A program made the position numbers and the translations under genes. Source: Vicinamibacterales bacterium (GTDB lineage Bacteria > Acidobacteriota > Vicinamibacteria > Vicinamibacterales > UBA8438). From it: a stretch of 64,000 bases of DNA. Below the pieces are notes generated by a model. The model was not told the origin of the DNA, did not search any database, and saw only the letters and a program-made list of their open reading frames with translations. Of this stretch, positions 1 to 9,700 are shown piece after piece. The stretch lies in the NCBI GenBank assembly GCA_965204675.1, contig OZ242003.1, positions 3,392,375-3,456,374 on the forward strand. The letters are read 5' to 3'. Position 1 is the first letter of the stretch. The number at the start of each line of letters is the position of its first letter.

Positions 1-2
1 AG

Positions 3-1016
3 CGCGGGCTCGTCCGCAACACCATCGACGCGGGGACGTGCGACGTCATCTTCGGGGTTCCCGAGGGTCTCGACTTCGTCCTCTGGACGAAGCCGTACTA
101 CCGCTCGGCCTACGTCATGGCCTACCGCGCCGACCGGGGCTACGACTTCCGGTCGCTGGACGCGCCGGCGCTGAGCCGGCTTCGCATCGGCGTCCACGTC
201 AACACGCCGCCCGAGGAGAGCCTCGCGCGGCGCGGCCTGCTCGACAACGTCTCGACCTACTCGCTGTTCTTCGATCCGCGCGGCGACCGCGACCGGCCCC
301 GGAAGCTGCTCGACGACCTGGTGGCGGGTACGGTGGACGTCGCCGTCGCGTGGGGGCCCCTGGCGGGCTACGCCGCCACGACGTCGAGCGCGCCGCTCGA
401 GCTGGTCTCGCTGGAGGATGAACCGGGGGTGCCGCTGTCCTTCGACATCTCGATGGGCGTCGCGAAGGGCAACGAGGCGCTCAAGGTCCGGCTCGAGGCG
501 GCTATCGACCGGCGGCAGGCCGAGATCCTGGCGATTCTGGAGGAGTACGGCGTGCCGCTCGTCCCCGCCGGCGGGGGAGCCGGCGCCGCGAACCCGGACG
601 GGGTTCCGATTCAGGATATCGAGAGCGAGCCCGAGACGCCTGCCGGCGGCGGACCCGGTGCCGCGAACCCGGACGCCGACCCGCCGCCGCCGGCCGTGGC
701 GCCGGCGGCGGCACTGAAGCTGAACCCGTTCACGGGGAACGCGGACATGGCCGCGGAGGGCCGGACGCTGTACTTCCAGGTCGGCTGCCAGGGCTGTCAC
801 GGCGGCGGGGGCGGCGGCGGGATGGCCACCTCGGTGATCGACGACGCGTGGACGTTCGGCAGCGACGACGAGGTGCTGTTCAGGCTCATCAAGGGCGAGG
901 TTCCCGAGCAGACCATGCCGACCGTCTACAGCGTGCTCGAGGACGACGAGGTCTGGAAGATCCTGGCGTTCATCCGGTCGGTCTACGCCGGCGACCCCGG
1001 CCGGATCGACTGGTAG
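3..1016 (+). CDS. Periplasmic substrate-binding (MoxJ-like, quinoprotein-dehydrogenase-associated) domain fused to a C-terminal c-type cytochrome; 5' end outside window
   Basis: The frame is open from the window edge (RGLVRNTIDAGTCDVIFGVPEG...) into ORF 117..1016. It has an SBP-like body, a Pro/Ala/Gly linker and one CxxCH (CQGCH) with a downstream Met ligand region (EQTMPTVY). Confidence 0.7.
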   Translation, partial: RGLVRNTIDAGTCDVIFGVPEGLDFVLWTKPYYRSAYVMAYRADRGYDFRSLDAPALSRLRIGVHVNTPPEESLARRGLLDNVSTYSLFFDPRGDRDRPRKLLDDLVAGTVDVAVAWGPLAGYAATTSSAPLELVSLEDEPGVPLSFDISMGVAKGNEALKVRLEAAIDRRQAEILAILEEYGVPLVPAGGGAGAANPDGVPIQDIESEPETPAGGGPGAANPDADPPPPAVAPAAALKLNPFTGNADMAAEGRTLYFQVGCQGCHGGGGGGGMATSVIDDAWTFGSDDEVLFRLIKGEVPEQTMPTVYSVLEDDEVWKILAFIRSVYAGDPGRIDW

Positions 1017-1372
1017 CCGTTGCGCGCCGGGGCCGACCCGCCCGCGGCGCCCCGTCGGCCGATCCGGATCCCGCCGAGACTTCAACGTGGCTCCACCCCC
1101 GTGATCCGGGCGGGGGAAGTCATCGACTTCGAGCGCTTCGAGGAGTGACGGCTGCGGCCGCGCCATGATCGGCTCGGGAGGCAGGTGTCACGGGGCTTGC
1201 CCAGGGTCGCGGTCGATGTTCGCATCGGTACCCGTCGGGGCCAGGCCCGGGCCGGTTGGCGCCCGAGTCTTCAGAACGACAAGTGGCACGGCGTCGGCCC
1301 GGGACATCGAAGGCGCGGACGACCGAACGCCGCGAGGACGGCCGAAGGCCATTCCGGATTGTCGCAGACGCC

Positions 1373-1843
1373 ATGCCCGGCAGGAACTCCAGGAAGTCGA
1401 CGAAGGTCGCAGGGAAGGCCGGCGCCAAGCGGGGGAGCGCCGAGCCGGCGCTGCTCTCGGGCGGCAATCCGCAGATAGCCAAGGCCGACGGCGACGCCCC
1501 CGTGCAGGCCTACATCGCGGCCATGCCGGGCTGGAAGAGCGACGTCGGGCGCCGTCTCGACGAGCTCATCGTGAGGACCGTGCCGGGCGTGCGCAAGTGC
1601 GTGCGGTGGAACTCGCCCTTCTACGGCGTCGAGGGCAAGGGGTGGTTCGTGAGCTGCCACGTCTTCACCCGCTACGTGAAGGTGACCTTCTTCCGAGGCG
1701 CTTCGCTGCGGCCCGTCCCACCCGGCTCGGGGAAGGACAGGGACTCGCGCTGGGTCGACATCCGCGAGGGCGAGCTCGACGAGGCGCAGATGGCGGCCTG
1801 GATCCGGCAGGCGGCCGCCTTGCCCGGCTGGGACCTCACCTGA
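1373..1843 (+). CDS. DUF1801 (YdhG-like) domain protein
   Basis: ATG at 1373 lies inside ORF 1256..1843. Family-typical segments are GNPQIAKADGDAPVQAYIAAMPGWK and VRWNSPFYG...FTRYVKVTFFRG. Confidence 0.65.
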   Translation: MPGRNSRKSTKVAGKAGAKRGSAEPALLSGGNPQIAKADGDAPVQAYIAAMPGWKSDVGRRLDELIVRTVPGVRKCVRWNSPFYGVEGKGWFVSCHVFTRYVKVTFFRGASLRPVPPGSGKDRDSRWVDIREGELDEAQMAAWIRQAAALPGWDLT

Positions 1844-2123
1844 TGTCGTGTGCCAATCGTTCTCGACGTTCTGGCCGGTCCGTCCGCCAAGCGGAACGAG
1901 GAACGGGAGTCGTGGCTTTGGTACCTGGCGCAGCGCGCCTGGCGGACTGGCCCGGAGGCGACTCTGTGGCCCGCCGTCGACTCGCGTCGGCAACTGCTGC
2001 GAAGGCGCCACCCGCCATGGGCAGCTTCCTCCAGGGCGGTCCACTGGACGACCTGGAGTGACCGCGGCGGGTCGATGGGCAGAGCGTCCGGCAGGGCTCC
2101 GTCACGGCTCCGCGGGCGGAGGC

Positions 2124-2363
2124 ATGACCGACAGTACCGGTTGCTGCATCGTGGGAGGCGGTCCCGCGGGAATGGCCCACGCGGTTCATCCAGACCGTGC
2201 AGGCGCTCGTGCAGCGCCAGCTCGTGGCGCGGGCCCTGCGCGACGAGCCGTTCCGGCCGCCGTGGCCCGCCCGCGTCGTCCCCGCCCTGCCGTGCCCGCA
2301 TGGCTCGTCGGCTGGGGCATCCGGCCCGAGCGGGTTCGGCACGTTGCGGTTGATTCGCAGTGA
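2124..2363 (+). pseudogene. Remnant of an FAD-dependent monooxygenase/oxidoreductase (N-terminal dinucleotide motif joined to C-terminal tail, frameshifted)
   Basis: Frame 3 gives MTDSTGCCIVGGGPAGMA (GxGxxG). Frame 1 gives FIQTVQALVQRQLVARAL...PPWPARVV. Frame 3 again gives PAWLVGWGIRPERV followed by a stop. Only about 80 codons remain of a normally ~400-aa enzyme. Confidence 0.45.
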
Positions 2364-2542
2364 GGGGGGCGCGGTGTCCCGGGACGAGCGGCTCGATGGC
2401 CTGCCGCTCGCGGCCGGCCCGCGACGCGGGGCATCCGGAGCGGCGACGCGAGTCGTGGCGGCCCCGAGACGAGGGCGTCGGGATGCGGCCCTCGTTTCCC
2501 CGCCGTCTTGCGGGGGCGGCCGATGGGCGGTAAGGTAGGCTC

Positions 2543-3697
2543 GTGACGGTCACGCTGCTTCGATGCGGTCGTGTGGCGATCGCGGTGGTCCTGCTGGCGG
2601 CCTTCGCCCAAGCGGGCCTGTCGCAGCGCGCCGGGGTGGAGTCGCCGCGCGCGGCGGTCGAGACGCTGAGGATTCCCGAGGGCGGCCGCCTGCCGCGGGC
2701 CGTCGTCGACGGCGGGGGCGTGCTGCACGTCGTGTACGTCGCCGGGGACCCGAGCCGCGGCGACCTCTTCCACGTGACGCGCGAGCCCGGCGCGGCGGGC
2801 TGGTCCGAGCCGCGGCGCGTCAACAGCCGGGCGCTCTCGGTGACCGGCGTGGGCCCGATAGACGGCGCGCAGCTCGCGATCGGGCTCGACGGGCGGCTCC
2901 ACGTCGTCTGGCTGCAGGCCGACCCGCCGGCGTTCTTCTACACGCGGAGCCGCGCGGGCGGACCCGGCTTCGAGCCCCAGCGCGAGCTGCCGGCCGGCGA
3001 GGCGGGCACCCTCGAGGCGGGACCGGCCGTCGCGACCGACGACGGCGGCAACGTCTACGTCTTCTGGCATGCCGGCGCGTTCGACGACGCGCGGCGCAGC
3101 GTCTTCCTGACGGCGTCGCGCGACGGCGGGACGACGTTCGCGCCGCCTCGCCGCGTCAGCCCGGCGGCGGAGGGCGCGTGTGCCTGCTGCGGCCTCGCGG
3201 CCATGACCGATCCCGCCGGCGCTGTCCACGTGTCGTATCGCGGAGCCGGCGACAACGTGCACCGGGGGCACCGAATGCTGATCTCGACCGACCACGGCCG
3301 CACCTTCTCCGACCGGCTGGTCCAGCCGTGGGAGCTGGGGGCGTGTCCGGTGTCGACCACGAGCCTGTTCGCCGGCCCCGACGGCCTGACGGTGACGTGG
3401 GAGACACAGGGGCAGGTCTACTTCGCCGACCTCGACCGGCTCGACGCCATGCGCGCGCCGGCGGGGCAGGCGCGCTTCCGGCGCAAGAACCCCGTGGTGG
3501 CGGTGGCCCCCCGGGGTGAAACGCTGCTCGCGTGGGGCGACGGCCCCGGCTTCAGCTTCGGGGGCTCGCTGCACTGGCAGGTCTTCGACGCCGCCGGCCA
3601 CCCCGTGGGGGAGCCGGGCGGAGGGGCCGGGACGATCATCGATGGAAGCACGGTTGCCGCGGTCGTTCAGGACGGCCGGTTCCTCGTCGTCTTCTAG
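2543..3697 (+). CDS. Secreted beta-propeller-like protein (BNR/sialidase-like repeats)
   Basis: GTG start, signal-like N-terminus (VAIAVVLLAAFAQA). Repeated motifs of the type S.DGG.TF and hVhW (LHVVYV, LHVVWL, VYVFWH, SRDGGTTF, STDHGRTF). Confidence 0.6.
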   Translation: MTVTLLRCGRVAIAVVLLAAFAQAGLSQRAGVESPRAAVETLRIPEGGRLPRAVVDGGGVLHVVYVAGDPSRGDLFHVTREPGAAGWSEPRRVNSRALSVTGVGPIDGAQLAIGLDGRLHVVWLQADPPAFFYTRSRAGGPGFEPQRELPAGEAGTLEAGPAVATDDGGNVYVFWHAGAFDDARRSVFLTASRDGGTTFAPPRRVSPAAEGACACCGLAAMTDPAGAVHVSYRGAGDNVHRGHRMLISTDHGRTFSDRLVQPWELGACPVSTTSLFAGPDGLTVTWETQGQVYFADLDRLDAMRAPAGQARFRRKNPVVAVAPRGETLLAWGDGPGFSFGGSLHWQVFDAAGHPVGEPGGGAGTIIDGSTVAAVVQDGRFLVVF

Positions 3698-3709
3698 TTG
3701 GTGACCCTC

Positions 3710-4699
3710 ATGACGAACCTCGCGAAGCGCAACATCGACCGTGAATCGGAAGGAAGCGGGGCTGGATTCCCAGCCGTCCGCCGGGCGACGGCTGCCATGC
3801 TGTGCGCCGGCGCGCTCGCGGGAGCGTTCGTCCTCACCGCACGCGCCCAACCGTCGCGCACCGTGGCCGACGGGGTGTACACCTCCGGGCAGGCGGCGCG
3901 GGGCGCGGAGGTCTACCGGGCGCAGTGCGTGACCTGCCACGGCGAGGCGCTCGAGGGCAGCGTCGGCCCACCGCTGGCCGGAGACGGATTCCTGTCGGTC
4001 TGGAGCGCACTGCCGTTGGTGGAGCTCGTCGACAAGATCCACAACACCATGCCCCTCCAGGCGACGGCGCCGCTCTCGCGGCAGGAGTCGATCGACCTCA
4101 CCGCCTACGTCCTCGAGGCCGGCGCGTTTCCGGCCGGAGCCGCGGAGCTGTCCGACGCCGCGCTGGCCGACATTGCGCTCCCCACGGTGGCGACCGCTTC
4201 CGCGTCCGCCGGCGGCGGGGACCTCTCGGTCGCGCCCATCGCCAACCTCGCCCAGTTGATGCGGGCCATCGCCTTCCCCGCCTCGAACATCGTCTTCAAC
4301 GTGCAGATCAAGGACCCCGCGGACGACGTGCCGCCGCCGACGGCGGCCCGGTCCTTCGACTTCGTCGAGTGGGGGTCGACGGTCTATCCGGGCTGGGAGG
4401 CCATCGACCTCGCGGCGCTGGCCATCGCCGAGTCCGCGCCCCTCTTCCTCGTGCCGGGGCGCCGGTGCGAGAACGGCCGGCCGGTGCCCGTCGACCGGGC
4501 CGACTGGCGGGAGTACACCGAGGCGGTCGTCGAGGCGGGGCGGGTCGCCTACCGGGCGTCGCAGTCGAGGAGCGTCGACGCCGTCATCGCGGCCACCGAC
4601 CAGCTCAACGAGGCCTGCGCGAGCTGCCACGAGGTCTATCGCGACGTGGGCGCCGAGGGGCGCGGGGTGGGGGCCGACCGCTGCCGGCAGGAGCCCTGA
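3710..4699 (+). CDS. Di-heme c-type cytochrome (N-terminal class I domain, C-terminal cytochrome c'-like CxxCH)
   Basis: Signal peptide (AGALAGAFVLTARAQP), CVTCH near the N-terminus and CASCH 20 residues from the C-terminus. TTG 3698 and GTG 3701 are alternative starts. Confidence 0.7.
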   Translation: MTNLAKRNIDRESEGSGAGFPAVRRATAAMLCAGALAGAFVLTARAQPSRTVADGVYTSGQAARGAEVYRAQCVTCHGEALEGSVGPPLAGDGFLSVWSALPLVELVDKIHNTMPLQATAPLSRQESIDLTAYVLEAGAFPAGAAELSDAALADIALPTVATASASAGGGDLSVAPIANLAQLMRAIAFPASNIVFNVQIKDPADDVPPPTAARSFDFVEWGSTVYPGWEAIDLAALAIAESAPLFLVPGRRCENGRPVPVDRADWREYTEAVVEAGRVAYRASQSRSVDAVIAATDQLNEACASCHEVYRDVGAEGRGVGADRCRQEP

Positions 4700-4726
4700 G
4701 GAAGCAACTTCACGGGAGGAACGACC

Positions 4727-5389
4727 ATGCGCCTGATTACAGTGGTTGCGGCGGCTTCAGTCATGCTCGCGGCGGCGCCGGGGGCGGCGCAGGACTGGAC
4801 CGAGTTCGCCAGCCAGGAGGACCGGTTCACCTGCAACTTCCCCGGCGAGCCGGAGGTGACCGAGACCACGTGGGTCTCCGAAATGGGGGCCGAGGTGCCC
4901 GCGCGCGTCTACGCCGCCGAGAGGGGCCCGAGCCGCTTCACGGTGACGGTGGCCGACTACAGCCACGTCGAGCGCATCCTCACCGAGCGGGCCGGCGAGT
5001 GCCCGCCGGGGGCGGAGCGCTGCAGCGGCGGCGGGTCGACCGGCGAGGGGTACTGGCGACACGACGTGCGGGGCGCGATGCTCTACGCGACCTGGACGTT
5101 CATGCAGCGGGACGCCGAGGTGACGCACTTGGGCTACAACTCGCTCGATCGCGTCGAGGGGCACCAGATGCACCTGACCAACCCCGACCGGTCGCGCACG
5201 TTCGTGTCGATCTACATGCACGAGGACAAGCTCTACGTCGCGGAGGGCACGGTCCCGCGGGGCTACCCCGAGCCGGCGCTCTTCCAGCAGTCGCTGGGCT
5301 GGCTCGACGAGGAAGGGAACGGGCTGCGCTACGAGGGCCCCTATTCGAACGGGTTCCCGGCGCCGCCCCGCGTCCCGGCCGTGTTCTAG
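4727..5389 (+). CDS. Secreted hypothetical protein
   Basis: ATG start with a GGAGG-like site upstream, clear signal peptide (MRLITVVAAASVMLAAAPGAAQ) and non-shadow amino-acid composition. Confidence 0.55.
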   Translation: MRLITVVAAASVMLAAAPGAAQDWTEFASQEDRFTCNFPGEPEVTETTWVSEMGAEVPARVYAAERGPSRFTVTVADYSHVERILTERAGECPPGAERCSGGGSTGEGYWRHDVRGAMLYATWTFMQRDAEVTHLGYNSLDRVEGHQMHLTNPDRSRTFVSIYMHEDKLYVAEGTVPRGYPEPALFQQSLGWLDEEGNGLRYEGPYSNGFPAPPRVPAVF

Positions 5390-5396
5390 CGCGGCC

Positions 5397-5580
5397 CCGG
5401 CGGGTTCCGGCGCGACGGCGTTCCGGCGCGTGCCGGCGGCGTTTCGGCGCGTCCCGGCAGTATCCGGCGCGTTCCGGCGGTGTCTGGCGTCCCGGCAGTA
5501 TCCGGCGCGTTCCGGCGGTATCTGGCGTTCCGGCGGTGTCTGGCGCGTTCCGGAGGTGTCCGGCGCGTCCGGGCGGGTTC
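5397..5580. repeat. Intergenic degenerate tandem array (~10-20 nt units, core TTCCGGCG; two perfect 39-nt copies)
   Basis: tcccggcagtatccggcgcgttccggcggtgtctggcg occurs twice in tandem. It is flanked by many shorter G(T/C)TCCGGCG(C)G units. Confidence 0.8.
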
Positions 5581-5673
5581 GACCGCTTGCCGGTCGTGTG
5601 TTCCGGGTAAAGAGGGCAAATGGCCTCGCGCCGTCGTGATTCCGGACGGCGGAGGCCGGTCAGGAGGGTCATC

Positions 5674-6069
5674 ATGCGGTTCAAGCTTGGTCTCGCCGTC
5701 GTCTGCGCGGTCGCTTTCGTCCTGCCGGCCGGGGGGCACCATTCCCACGGCAACTACTCGGAGGAGTTCACCGACATCGAGGGGGTGGTCACCGAGCTCC
5801 ATCTGCTCGTCCCGCATTCCTGGCTCTACCTCGAGGTCGACGGCCCCGACGGCGAGCCGCAGATCTGGGCGCTGGAGGCCAGCGACCGCAACCACCTGGC
5901 CGAGAGCGGCATCACCCGCGGCTACCTCACGCCGGGCGACGCGGTCAAGGCGCGCTGCCACCCCGTCAGGGACGGCTCGCCGGGCTGCCTGCTCGGATTC
6001 CTGAAGGCCCCGGACGGCGACGTGAAGGACTGGGACGGCAACAACGCGCCGGCCCCCGCCGACTTCTAG
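5674..6069 (+). CDS. DUF6152-like secreted protein
   Basis: ATG at 5674 (MRFKLGLAVVCAVAFVLPAGGHHSHGNY...). A signal peptide followed by an HHSH motif and a small beta-rich body is typical of that family. Confidence 0.55.
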   Translation: MRFKLGLAVVCAVAFVLPAGGHHSHGNYSEEFTDIEGVVTELHLLVPHSWLYLEVDGPDGEPQIWALEASDRNHLAESGITRGYLTPGDAVKARCHPVRDGSPGCLLGFLKAPDGDVKDWDGNNAPAPADF

Positions 6070-6125
6070 CCGGCGGCGCCAGGCGGTGGCGCCAGCCTGA
6101 CGGGGCGGTTCGCTCCCGCCGGCCC

Positions 6126-6725
6126 TCAGCGCAGGTGCCAGGACGCCAGCGCGACGGCCCAGAGGGCGAATGCGGCGAGGCCGGGTGCCCTCGGCCGCGG
6201 GATGGCGAGGGGCGCGACCATGGCGAGGCCGCACGCCAGGAACAACGCGGGTGCGAGCCACGGCCATGACGGCGCCGGCCACAGCAGGTACGTGGACCAG
6301 AGCAGCGCCGCGGCCGGGGACGGGAGCCCGACGAAGCGCGAGTCGTCCGCTTCCACGTTGTAGAAGCCCAGCCGGGTGACGACCGCGCCCAGGTACGCGA
6401 ACGCGCTTGCCCACCAGATGGCCGCGGCCGGCCCGCCGGCCGGGGGCGACGCCGCCGCGGCCGCCGCCACCGGGGCCACGCCGAACGCGCAGACGTCGAC
6501 CAGGCTGTCGAGTTCGCGGCCCACCCGGCGCTGCCGCGGCGAGCGGTGGAAGCAGCGCGCGAACCGGCCGTCGAACGTGTCGAGCAGCGCGGCGAGGGCC
6601 AGCCAGCCGCCCGCGGCCGCCGCCGCGCCCGAGCCGAGCCCCGCCGCCACCGCCGCGAGCGCGGCCGCGAGCGAGCCGTAGGTGAGGAGGTTCGCGACGT
6701 GCAGGTCGTGGATCGGCGCCCTCAT
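6126..6725 (-). CDS. CDP-alcohol phosphatidyltransferase family protein (last gene of lipid operon)
   Basis: Signature D-x2-DG-x2-AR...G-x3-D-x3-D is present as DTFDGRFARCF...GRELDSLVD, and the protein is multi-TM. Its ATG (6725..6723) overlaps the upstream stop (ATGA). Confidence 0.8.
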   Translation of the reverse strand: MRAPIHDLHVANLLTYGSLAAALAAVAAGLGSGAAAAAGGWLALAALLDTFDGRFARCFHRSPRQRRVGRELDSLVDVCAFGVAPVAAAAAASPPAGGPAAAIWWASAFAYLGAVVTRLGFYNVEADDSRFVGLPSPAAALLWSTYLLWPAPSWPWLAPALFLACGLAMVAPLAIPRPRAPGLAAFALWAVALASWHLR

Positions 6726-9700
6726 GATCCGTTGCCTTCCCCGCGGTCCGCGGCAGGACCCGGCGTCGCGCCGGGGCCGGCGCATCGCGGGTCGAAGGCG
6801 GCGGAGTCTTCCGCCACGGGCGGCCAGGCCCCGAAGAGGTCGTGGAGCCGCCGCCACGTTCGCACGATTCGCGGCAGGAACCGCAGGGGCCGGACGCGGT
6901 CGATCATCGCGTAGAACATCAACCGGTTGACGAGCAGGTCCGCCAGCGCGGCGCCGAATCCCGCTCTCCAGGCGCAGGGGTCCAGCCGCGCGCCGCCGGC
7001 GGCGGCCAGCGCGGCCCGATGCCGCTCGACGTACCGGGCCGCCTCGCCCCGGCGCACGCCGGGGTCGAGGACGAAGCAGAGGAAGTGGGCGAGGTCGCAC
7101 TGCGGGGCCCCGACCGTCGCGAGCTCCCAGTCGTAGGCGCAGAGCCGCGCGGACGCTCCGGCGCCGCGAATGGCGGCGTTCCGCGGGCTGAAGTCGTTGT
7201 GGATGAGGGTGCGCGCCGCCGTTTCGAGGCGGGGCCACCACGTCCCGAGCGAGTCGACGAGGGCGCGGTGGGTCCGAACGAGGGCCGGGCCGGCCCATTC
7301 GGCGAGTCGGGGCGCGGCGTGATCGGCCAGCGCGCGCCACAGGGGCGTCATCTCCACCATGCTCCGGGACGTGGCGACGTGGCCGATCCAGGGCCGGTTC
7401 CGAAGGTTGTCCTCCCGCCCGAGCCAGACCGCGTGGATCTCGGCGAGGCCGTCGACGGCGGCGCCCACGCGGTCGAGCGTCCAAACCGTCGGGTCGTCCG
7501 TCGCGTCGAGGAGGACATCGCCGTCGAGCCGTTCCAGGACGAGGCCCCATTCCCGGCGGGCGTCGTCGCGCCACGTGCCGTAGCAGACGGGCGTGTGACG
7601 CCGCAGGCGCTCGTCCGGCTCGGCGTAGAGGGCCAGCTCGCGGAGATGGGCCCCGCGCAGCCCGATGCGCTCCCGGAAGCGGCGCACCGCGCGCCCCAGG
7701 CCGGCGTCGCAGGTGTCCGCCATCGCCTCGGCGACCTCGATCAGCTCGCGGTCGGCCGGCTTGACCTTGGTCACGACGTCGAGCGGCCGCACGCTGCCCC
7801 GGCCGGCGACGTCGAGGCGGTAGCGGGACAGGCCCGTGCGTCCCCGGCCGCGCCAGCCGCCGAGCTCGGCGATGACGCTGTGCTCGGCGCCGTGCGCGTA
7901 GCGGGTCGCCCCGGTCACCGCGAGCGAGTCGTCGCCGAAGTGCCGTCGCAGCATCGGCTCGAAGCGGGCGCGATCGGGGTCGGCCGGCGGCGCCGGCGGG
8001 CTTGCCGAGGGTCGACTGGACGCGGGCCGGTTTGCCACGGGTCGGTTGGCCGCGGGTCGTTTGGCCGATAGTGGGTTGGTTGCCGTTCGATTGGCCGCCG
8101 TTCGATGGGCCGCCGGACGGTTGGCCGCCGGCCGGGGGCCGCGCCGCGGAGGCGGGAGGAAGCCGGCCGCCACGTACTCGTCGAAGTAGCGCCCGAGCAG
8201 GCCGGCGTCGAGCCGGTGGAAATCGAGACCGGCTTCCGCCAGGAGCGCCTGCGTCCGCGTGCTTCGCGGCGCGCTGCTGCGCGCCTCCTGGTACAGCTCG
8301 GGCACGGCGGTCCCGTCCGGCCGGCGCCTCAGGAAGAACCCGCGCAACCGGTGCAGGGCGTGGTCGGGCCGCGCCGCGTCCCGCGCGAGCTGTTCGGCCC
8401 AGTGGTCGTAGGGCGCGAGACGCACGGGATAGCCGTAGAGGTTCATCCAGAGCACGCACTCGCGCCAACGACGCGCCTGCCGCGCGCTCTCGTGGAACGT
8501 GGCGACCCCGTGGGAGTCTGCGCGGTGGAACGGCGCGGACTCCTGGAGGGTTGGTTGGGCGCCCGGCGGAGGCGTCAGGCGACGATGGGCGGGCTGGGGC
8601 GCGGTCGCCGACAGGTGGACGATGGCCCGCGCCGCCTGGTCGACGGGGACCGCGTCGATCCGCCAGTCGAGGTCGGGCGCGGTGCCCATCCGGATGCATC
8701 CCTTGAAGAGCGAGGACACGAGATCGTCGTGCTTGGAGACGCCGCTGGCGGAGTCGCCGGTGAGCAGGGCCGGCCGGTGTATCGACGCGCGCAGCCCGCG
8801 CGCCCGCGCCTGGCGCACCAGGGCCTCGGCGACGCACTTGCTCTGCGCGTACCCGAGCGGCAGCCCCTCCAGGCGCCCGAAGAGGTCGTCGTCCTCGGCG
8901 ACGAGCCGCGGCCCGCCCACGGCGTGGCAGACCGAGAGGCTCGAGACGAAGTGGAAGGCCTTGGGCCGGCCCCGGCACGCCAGGCGGAGCAGCTCGCGCG
9001 TGGCGACGACGTTGGCGGCGCGCAGGGCGCCGTACGGCGAGACCCAGTTGACGTCGGCCGCAGCGTGGTAGACGGTGTCGACGGTCGATGCGATCGCCGC
9101 GCGCGCGCCGCCGGCGAGGCCGAGTCCCGGCTGCGACAGGTCCCCGGTCACGGTGCGGATGCGGCGGCCGAACGCGTCGTCCCAGAGGCGGTAGCGTTCG
9201 AGGCTCCGGCGCACGCGCCGCGACGCGACATCGGCGTCGTCGACGCGCACGACGTCGGCGTCGCCGGTCCGTACGAGACACAGGACCTCCGCGCCGGTCT
9301 CCGTCAGCAGCGCCCTGAGCAGGTGCGCGCCGAGAAAGCCCGTGGCGCCCGTGAGCAGGACGCGCTCGCGCGATGGCGCGGGCGCGGCTCCGGGACGGCG
9401 TCCGCTTCGACATGGGCCGGGCGGAAGGCGCTCGCGCGACTGAGCGGGCGCGGCCTCGGGACGGATGTCGGGCGGCAGCACGCCGTCGTTCCGCATCAGG
9501 TCGATGGCCCGGTCGTCGTCCCGGCGCCGCGCGGGTTGCTCGCCGCTCTCCAGTCGCCGGACCAGCGCGTCGACGCTCGGATGGTCGGTCAGGAGCTCGT
9601 CGGACAGCGGCCGGCGGAAGGCGTCCTCCAGCTCGACGCCGAGCTCGACCGAGCGCAGCGAGTCGAGACCGTAGAGCGCCAGCGGCTCGCGCGGGTCGAT

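Noticed and set aside
2186-4630. 814-aa ORF on the minus strand
   Set aside because: Arg/Gly/Pro/Asp-rich shadow frame opposite two well-supported plus-strand genes (BNR-like protein, di-heme cytochrome). No motifs.
6126-9413. 1095-aa ORF read as one protein
   Set aside because: Only the last 199 codons (from ATG 6725) form a coherent CDP-alcohol transferase. The upstream part is an Arg/Pro-rich out-of-frame overlap with the reductase-kinase gene.
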